A DNA stretch of 64,000 nt from an uncultured Candidatus Saccharibacteria bacterium (GTDB lineage Bacteria > Patescibacteriota > Minisyncoccia > Phycocordibacterales > PALSA-1337): positions 75,803 through 139,802 of the forward strand of contig CAYXPQ010000001.1 of assembly GCA_964467225.1 (NCBI GenBank). Direction: 5' to 3'. The translations under genes and the position numbers were made by a program. Shown one piece after another: positions 57,868 to 64,000 of the stretch (its first letter is position 1; every line of letters begins with the position of its first letter). The notes under the pieces were generated by a model, which was not told the DNA's origin, ran no database searches, and saw nothing but the letters and a program-made list of their open reading frames with translations.

Positions 57868-59151
57868 ATGAGAGATATATTCCAGCCTATTATAGCAAAC
57901 TTGGAAAGCATTATTGAACATGGAGGTTATGTTATTTTATCTTTGATAACTATTTTGGAAGGTGTACCAATAATTGGTTCACTAATTCCAGGACATACAG
58001 TAGTGATAATATCTGGATTTTTATCAAAGATAGGAGTATTTCATCTGGGTGTTGTTATTTTTGTAGTGATATTATCTGCTATGATAGGGGATTTCTCAGG
58101 ATTCTATTTGGGCAAAAAGTATGGATATGGTTTTTTGAATAAATTTGGAAAAGCGCTATTTATCAAAGATGAATATATAGAAAAGGCAAAACAAATAGTA
58201 GTAAATCACACAGGCAAAGCAATAATTCTTGGTAGATTTAATCCTATTACTAGACCATTAGTACCATTCATTGTTGGTGCCAGTAAGGTTCATATAAATA
58301 AGTTTTGGTTATTTGATTTTCTGGGAGTTGCATTGTGGGCAGTATTTTCAATTCTGCTGGGGTATATATTTGGTGCGAGTTATCATCTAGTTTCAGGCGT
58401 AATAGGCAAATTTATTTTTATCGCTGTAATTATTTCTATTTTAATAATATGGGGATATAGTTTGATAAACAAAAGATTTCATATTTTTGCTAAATATGAA
58501 TTAATAGTACTTATATTTAACTTGATAGGTCTTTATGGATTTTTCAAAACAATTCAAGATGCGATTACTGATCATACTTTCATGGCGGAATTGGATATTT
58601 GGTTGAATACTTTTTTTATTACTAATGCCAAATTGTCATCACTTGTTTTCATGAATTTGATTACTGATATATTCAGTCCGTTATCGTTGTTGCTTGTTTC
58701 AATTGTGATCTCATTTTATTTATTTCACAAAAAAAGGTGGAGGTATTTGCTGATCACACTATCTTCGGTGTTTGGAGGTTTTATTATGGGTGGATTCATA
58801 AAGGAAATTATAGAAAGAACTCGACCACTAAATTCTTTTGTCTTTGAATCAGATTATAGTTTCCCTAGTGTGCATGCACTCATGGCAACAATCTTTTTTA
58901 CTCTAATCATATATATTTTCATTTGCAAAATAAAATCTCTAGTTATTAGAGAATTATCTATTGTGTTATCGGTTCTTCTTATTGTACTGGTTTCTGTTTC
59001 TAGATTATATTTAGGTGTACATTGGTTGTCAGATATTATTGCTGGATGTTCGTTTGGTCTATTTTGGACTACCTCGATTATATTGTCGGTTAGATATTTT
59101 GGTCTTATTTATACTAATATCAGAGACAACTGGTATAAAAAAACAATATAA
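57868..59151 (+). CDS. DedA-family / PAP2 (type 2 phosphatidic acid phosphatase) fusion membrane protein
   Basis: N-terminal DedA/SNARE-associated region (VPIIGSLIPGHT...GFYLGKKYG). C-terminal PAP2 motifs KEIIERTRP, PSVH and SRLYLGVHWLSD. Confidence 0.7.
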   Translation: MRDIFQPIIANLESIIEHGGYVILSLITILEGVPIIGSLIPGHTVVIISGFLSKIGVFHLGVVIFVVILSAMIGDFSGFYLGKKYGYGFLNKFGKALFIKDEYIEKAKQIVVNHTGKAIILGRFNPITRPLVPFIVGASKVHINKFWLFDFLGVALWAVFSILLGYIFGASYHLVSGVIGKFIFIAVIISILIIWGYSLINKRFHIFAKYELIVLIFNLIGLYGFFKTIQDAITDHTFMAELDIWLNTFFITNAKLSSLVFMNLITDIFSPLSLLLVSIVISFYLFHKKRWRYLLITLSSVFGGFIMGGFIKEIIERTRPLNSFVFESDYSFPSVHALMATIFFTLIIYIFICKIKSLVIRELSIVLSVLLIVLVSVSRLYLGVHWLSDIIAGCSFGLFWTTSIILSVRYFGLIYTNIRDNWYKKTI

Positions 59152-59158
59152 ATTATAA

Positions 59159-59890
59159 TTGAACATTATGTATAAAATAGTATTACTTAGACATGGACAA
59201 ACAGTCTATAACAGGGATAAAGTATTTTGTGGTTGGACAGATGTAGATTTAACAGAACAAGGAATAAATGAAGCTATTGAGGCAGGTAAAAGCCTCAAAC
59301 TTTCTGGTTATAAATTTGATATTGCATTTTGTTCAGTACTCAAGAGATCTCGAGAAACATTGAGTATTGTATTAGATGAATTAGGTCAATCAGATTTACC
59401 AATAAACTATACTTGGAGATTAAATGAAAGACATTATGGAGCATTACAAGGTCAGAAGCATGCGGATGTTGCTGCTACATGTAGTGTTGAGCAAGTTCAG
59501 AAATGGCGCAGAAGCTTCTGTGAAAGACCACCATTGCTTACTGAGGAAGATCCTAGAAATCCATGTAATGACGAGAAATATTGTGATATTGATAAAAAGG
59601 ATTTGCCTTGTGGAGAATCTCTAGAAGATACTGTGAAGAGAGTTTTGGTATATTGGCAAAATGATATCGTACCTGTTGTTAAAGCTGGCAAAATTTCTAT
59701 AGTCGCAGCAAGTGGAAATAGCCTTAGAGCACTTGTAAAACATATTGATGGTATAAGTGATGATGGTATAGTGGGATTAGAAATACCAACTGCTACTCCG
59801 TTAGTCTATGAATTAGATGAGAATCTAAAGCCTATTAGTAGATACTATCTTGTGAAGGATGGTGTAAAACAGCCATTGTCCAGAAATTAA
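59159..59890 (+). CDS. gpmA: 2,3-bisphosphoglycerate-dependent phosphoglycerate mutase-like (histidine phosphatase family)
   Basis: N-terminus LLRHGQTVYNRDKVFCGWTDVDLTEQG (RHG catalytic motif). 243 aa. Confidence 0.8.
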   Translation: MNIMYKIVLLRHGQTVYNRDKVFCGWTDVDLTEQGINEAIEAGKSLKLSGYKFDIAFCSVLKRSRETLSIVLDELGQSDLPINYTWRLNERHYGALQGQKHADVAATCSVEQVQKWRRSFCERPPLLTEEDPRNPCNDEKYCDIDKKDLPCGESLEDTVKRVLVYWQNDIVPVVKAGKISIVAASGNSLRALVKHIDGISDDGIVGLEIPTATPLVYELDENLKPISRYYLVKDGVKQPLSRN

Positions 59891-59918
59891 TATTGTTGAT
59901 ATAATATTTGCAGTTGTT

Positions 59919-59998
59919 CCAAGTGTTGGCGGACGGCTGTACTCACATATTAATTTAGACATTATATTTGGAGCTAGCACCCGTTCGCCAACATTTGG
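59919..59998 (+). other. long-range imperfect inverted repeat between gpmA and murB
   Basis: ccaagtgttggcggacg ... cgttcgccaacatttgg (15/17 complementary) separated by a 46-nt spacer. Confidence 0.3.
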
Positions 59999-60023
59999 CG
60001 CAATTTTATGCTAGTATAGGGAA

Positions 60024-61043
60024 ATGAAAATTACGGAGAATCAGGGATTGAAAGAATTGACTACATTTAAAACTGGTGGGAATGCTCGTTATTTTTGTAT
60101 TGTTACAAATGAAGATGAGCTTATAGAAGCTATTGGATTTTCTAAAAAAAATAAAATTCCTTTTTTCATATTAGGTGGTGGCTCTAATATTCTTGTAGCA
60201 GACAAGGGCTTTGATGGTCTTGTAATAAAGATTGAAATAAAGGGAATAAAGTATGAAGAGAATGGAAATTCTGTAAAAGCAATTGTAGGAGCAGGGGAGA
60301 ATTGGGATAATCTGGTAGCTGATACAATAGAAAGAGGATATTATGGTCTTGAGAATCTTTCTTTAATTCCTGGTACTGTGGGAGCTTCTCCGGTGCAGAA
60401 TATTGGCGCGTATGGAAGCGAGGTCAAAGATACTATTGAATCCGTCTATGTTCTAGATGTTAAAAAAGACGAATACAAAACTTTTTCAAATTCAGAATGT
60501 GATTTTTCATATAGAGATAGTATTTTTAAAAAAGAAAAGGGTAGATATGTGGTTATTTATGTTACTTTTAATTTAAATAAAGATGGCAAATTAAATTTAA
60601 CTTATAAGGATGTACAAGAATATTTTAATAAAAGGCAGAATTCCAATCCAAGTCTAAGACAAGTTAGAAATGCAATAGTTGATATTCGGACAAATAAATT
60701 ACCAAATTTGCAGGAATATGGTACTGCTGGATCATTTTTCAAAAATGTGATTGTTTCTCAAGCGAAAGCAAGGGAATTGGTCTCAAAATATCCGGATATA
60801 ATAGTTCATCAAGTAAATGATAAGAAAGTCAAAATCCCATTGGCTTGGATACTTGATAATATTTGTGGATTTAAGGGTAAAAGAAAGGGAAATGTCGGTG
60901 TCTACAAAAATCAGGCATTAGTATTGGTAAATTATGGCAATGCAATTTCAAATGAGGTTATTGAGTTAGCTCAAGAGATGGTGGACTGTGTATATGAAAA
61001 GACTGGTATTGAGATTTTTCCTGAGGTGGAATATGTGATATAG
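60024..61043 (+). CDS. murB: UDP-N-acetylenolpyruvoylglucosamine reductase
   Basis: 339 aa with an FAD-binding region (ILGGGSNIL) and a MurB C-terminal domain. Confidence 0.88.
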   Translation: MKITENQGLKELTTFKTGGNARYFCIVTNEDELIEAIGFSKKNKIPFFILGGGSNILVADKGFDGLVIKIEIKGIKYEENGNSVKAIVGAGENWDNLVADTIERGYYGLENLSLIPGTVGASPVQNIGAYGSEVKDTIESVYVLDVKKDEYKTFSNSECDFSYRDSIFKKEKGRYVVIYVTFNLNKDGKLNLTYKDVQEYFNKRQNSNPSLRQVRNAIVDIRTNKLPNLQEYGTAGSFFKNVIVSQAKARELVSKYPDIIVHQVNDKKVKIPLAWILDNICGFKGKRKGNVGVYKNQALVLVNYGNAISNEVIELAQEMVDCVYEKTGIEIFPEVEYVI

Positions 61044-61056
61044 TGTCATTCACATT

Positions 61057-63537
61057 ATGGCATTTTCAATAAAGAACATATTTGGCGATCCTAACAAGAA
61101 ATTATTAAAGAAATATGAGCCAATAGTGGCTCAGGTTAATAGTTTTGAAGCAAGTATATCTGCTCTAACAGATGAACAGTTGAAGTCCAAAACTGCAGAT
61201 TTTAAATCTAGGCTGAATTCTGGAGCGAGTCTTGAATCTATTTTACCTGAGGCATTCGCTACTGTTCGCGAGGCGTCTAAGAGGCTTCTTAGACAAAGAC
61301 ATTTTGATGTTCAACTTATTGGAGGTGCAATTCTAAATAGTGGAAGTATTGCCGAGATGAGAACAGGAGAGGGTAAAACTCTTGTTGCAACTCTGCCTGC
61401 ATATCTCAATGCTCTTACTGGTAAGGGTGTGCATGTTGTAACTGTAAATGATTATCTTTCAAGACGTGATGCAGCATGGATGGGTCAGATCTATAATTTC
61501 CTAGGATTATCTGTAGGAGTTATTAATCACGAGAGTTCATTTATTTATGATCCTACTCATACTGAGAAAGATAAAGAAAGAGATGAGCTAGGATCATTTA
61601 AAGTTGTTCATGAATTTCTAAGACCTGTAACAAGAAGAGAAGCATACAATGCTGATATAACTTATGGTACGAACAATGAATTTGGTTTTGATTATTTGAG
61701 AGATAATCTTGAATACGAAATCGGTGCTTTGAGACAAAGGCCATTTAACTATGCGATTGTTGATGAGATCGACTCTATCTTGATCGATGAGGCTCGAACA
61801 CCCCTTATCATTTCTGCTCCAACTACGGATTCTGAGAATTTGTATAAAACATTTTCTGTTATGGTTAGAGATTTTATCAAAGATGAGGATTATACAGTTG
61901 ATGAGAAGCAGAGAACTATTTCCCTAACTGCAAAGGGAATTGAGAAAGCAGAGAGAAATTTGGGAGTTGATAATATTTATACTGATAAAGGTATCAAATA
62001 TGTTCATCATCTAGAAACAGCGGTTAAAGCTAAAGCTTTATACAATTTAAATACAGAATACGTTGTCAAAGACGATCAAATAGTGATTGTCGATACATTT
62101 ACTGGAAGATTACAACCTGGACGAAGATGGTCAGAAGGCTTACATCAAGCTATTGAAGCCAAAGAAGGTGTAACAGTTCAGAAAGAAAGTAGAACTTTTG
62201 CTTCTATTACTTTCCAGAACTATTTCCGACTTTATAAAAAGCTTTCTGGTATGACAGGTACTGCTGCGACTTCTAGCGAAGAATTCTACAAGGTGTATGG
62301 ACTTGAAACTGTAATAGTTCCGACAAACAATCAAACTCAAAGAAAAGATCTTAATGATTATATTTTTCAAACTGAGATAGGGAAATTTAAAGCTATTGCT
62401 CGTAAGGTGAAAGAATTGAATAAGACTGGACAGCCTGTGCTTATCGGTACTGTTTCAATAGATAAAAACGAAGTGCTTTCAGAATTTCTAAAAGCAGAAG
62501 GTGTTAAACATGAGATTTTGAATGCCAAAAACCACGAACGTGAAGGAGAGATAATTGCGCAAGCGGGTAAGAAGGGTGCAGTGACGATTGCTACAAACAT
62601 GGCGGGTAGAGGAGTAGATATTAGACTTGGAGGCAATCCTGGTTCAAAGGATTTATATGAAGAAGTAAAATCTCTTGGAGGATTATTCGTACTTGGCACA
62701 GAAAGACATGAAGCAAGAAGAATAGACAATCAGCTTCGAGGTCGTTCTGGTAGACAGGGAGATCCAGGAGCTACTCAGTTTTTCGTATCTCTTGAAGATT
62801 CACTTATGAGAATTTTTGCCTCAGATACTATCAAATCCTTGATGGGCAGACTTGGTGTTGCTGAAGATGAACCTATTGAGAATAGAATAATTACAAGATC
62901 TCTTGAAACTGCACAGACAAAGATCGAAGGATTCAATTTCGATTCTCGAAAGCATATCTTGGAATATGATGATATTCTCAATCATCAAAGAAAGACAGTA
63001 TACGAAAGAAGACTAGCTATTCTTCTGGGAAATATTGATGAAGTAGAAGCAAAATTAATGGAAGTTGTAGGTGATAATGCAGAAATAAAGAAGATTATTG
63101 ATGATAAGATTAAGTTGATTGGTCGAGAAAGATTTATCAATACTGCTAGACAATTAATGCTTCAATCTATTGATATGTTCTGGGTTGAGCATTTGGAAGT
63201 AATGGATTATACAAGATCAAGTGTAAATCTTCGTGCTTATGGACAGCGAGATCCATTGGTGGAATATAAAAAAGAAGGATTAAGATTATTTAAAGAAATG
63301 CAAGCTGCAATTAATAATCAAATATTAAATCTCTTACCTCATGTTGGTGGTAATGTTGCAACCCCCGAGGCAGTAGAATTGAAGGAAGTACATGATCAAG
63401 CTCAAGTAATAGGTAAGGGTGATGGTAGTGATTCTATTGTTAATACTTCATCTTCCAATAAGCCAGAATTAGGTAGAAATGATCCTTGCTATTGTGGATC
63501 GGGTAAGAAGTATAAACGTTGCCACGGCAACGTGTAA
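61057..63537 (+). CDS. secA: preprotein translocase ATPase SecA
   Basis: 826 aa with DEAD-like motor, Walker A GEGKTLVATL and C-terminal zinc finger CYCGSGKKYKRCHG. Confidence 0.95.
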   Translation: MAFSIKNIFGDPNKKLLKKYEPIVAQVNSFEASISALTDEQLKSKTADFKSRLNSGASLESILPEAFATVREASKRLLRQRHFDVQLIGGAILNSGSIAEMRTGEGKTLVATLPAYLNALTGKGVHVVTVNDYLSRRDAAWMGQIYNFLGLSVGVINHESSFIYDPTHTEKDKERDELGSFKVVHEFLRPVTRREAYNADITYGTNNEFGFDYLRDNLEYEIGALRQRPFNYAIVDEIDSILIDEARTPLIISAPTTDSENLYKTFSVMVRDFIKDEDYTVDEKQRTISLTAKGIEKAERNLGVDNIYTDKGIKYVHHLETAVKAKALYNLNTEYVVKDDQIVIVDTFTGRLQPGRRWSEGLHQAIEAKEGVTVQKESRTFASITFQNYFRLYKKLSGMTGTAATSSEEFYKVYGLETVIVPTNNQTQRKDLNDYIFQTEIGKFKAIARKVKELNKTGQPVLIGTVSIDKNEVLSEFLKAEGVKHEILNAKNHEREGEIIAQAGKKGAVTIATNMAGRGVDIRLGGNPGSKDLYEEVKSLGGLFVLGTERHEARRIDNQLRGRSGRQGDPGATQFFVSLEDSLMRIFASDTIKSLMGRLGVAEDEPIENRIITRSLETAQTKIEGFNFDSRKHILEYDDILNHQRKTVYERRLAILLGNIDEVEAKLMEVVGDNAEIKKIIDDKIKLIGRERFINTARQLMLQSIDMFWVEHLEVMDYTRSSVNLRAYGQRDPLVEYKKEGLRLFKEMQAAINNQILNLLPHVGGNVATPEAVELKEVHDQAQVIGKGDGSDSIVNTSSSNKPELGRNDPCYCGSGKKYKRCHGNV

Positions 63538-63622
63538 ATTTCCGTCGCTCGTCCATTATGTAAGTAGACTTCCATATGGACTCGCTAGGAAATAAAAAAA
63601 GTGTCATGGGAAGTAGGGAATG

Positions 63623-63651
63623 AAATAAGTCCCAGACAGACTAGCTGACTG
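63623..63651. terminator. hairpin (possible bidirectional terminator) after secA
   Basis: Stem agtcccagaca / tgactgggact with a single mismatch. Weakly U-rich tracts on both strands. Confidence 0.45.
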
Positions 63652-63689
63652 GGACTTGTGTTCATTCTGATATGCGTAAAGTGTTGATA

Positions 63690-63902
63690 CTACCAACACT
63701 TCGGGGCAGCAGGATGACTCGGACTAGTGAGGTTGAAAGCATGAGTCATAAGAGGGCCTATATCGCATCTGAATGCTCTGACTTCAGCATTGAATCTCTC
63801 ATGTTCATCCTTTGCTCTTTCAATGGCCTCTTTTTCATTTGAGGCCTTCACATCAAAATTGCGGCCACAACTTGTGCATGGTACACTCCAAGTATTTTCC
63901 AT
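63690..63902 (-). CDS. hypothetical small zinc-ribbon protein
   Basis: 70 aa with C..C ... C..C(W) pairs in a locally GC-richer stretch. No recognisable family. Confidence 0.35.
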   Translation of the reverse strand: MENTWSVPCTSCGRNFDVKASNEKEAIERAKDEHERFNAEVRAFRCDIGPLMTHAFNLTSPSHPAAPKCW

Positions 63903-64000
63903 AAAGAACTCCTTTCTTGAACTGAATTATATATTAAATAAAACACTCAGTCAAGTTGATACCTACTGTACATGCTATATAATACCCCTACATTATTAGA

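Overview
This is an AT-rich (~35% GC) bacterial chromosome segment with the gene content and order of a Candidate Phyla Radiation / Patescibacteria genome. 

**Translation core**
- The window begins inside fusA.
- Three accessory secreted-protein genes lie between fusA and tuf.
- A near-complete S10-spc ribosomal cluster follows: rpsJ to rplO, secY, adk, map, then ndk. There is no room for rpmD (L30) between rpsE and rplO, and the usual infA/rpmJ/rpsM/rpsK/rpsD/rpoA/rplQ tail is absent.
- Between rplE and rpsN the cluster is interrupted by a terminator, a short promoter-plus-terminator unit and a convergent minus-strand gene encoding a small basic protein. A new promoter then precedes rpsN.
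- On the minus strand are the infC-rpmI-rplT operon, a PLD-like gene and recG.

**Other recognisable genes**
- A beta-CASP/MBL ribonuclease gene.
- smpB with an adjacent tmRNA (ssrA), and ftsH.
- A complete type IV pilus locus: comF-like, pilM, pilN, pilO, a PilP-like gene, pilB, a CheY-like receiver, pilT, pilC, four pilin paralogues, pilD and four to five minor pilins.
- ligA, gatC and gatA, a DedA-PAP2 fusion, gpmA, murB and secA.
- Seven tRNA genes in total: a tRNA-Ile with a UAU anticodon, two type-II tRNA-Ser-like genes, and a four-gene tRNA island (two CAU tRNAs, Asp and Thr) that also contains a receiver gene.

**Most unusual observations**
1. Three tRNA or tmRNA genes are each followed by a direct repeat of their last ~20 nt (T-loop to 3' end). 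Two repeats enclose homologous 116–129 nt GC-rich structured inserts. One encloses a 1.4 kb islet carrying a surface-protein gene. These look like integrase-type att scars or a small tRNA-targeting element family.
2. The spc operon is split by a convergent basic-protein gene with its own promoter and terminator module.
3. A perfect 11–13 bp palindrome sits on the start codon of a secreted trypsin-like protease gene.
4. The two leading pilin genes are tandem cassettes sharing a 132-nt identical 5' block.
5. A type-II tRNA appears to carry an ACU anticodon.
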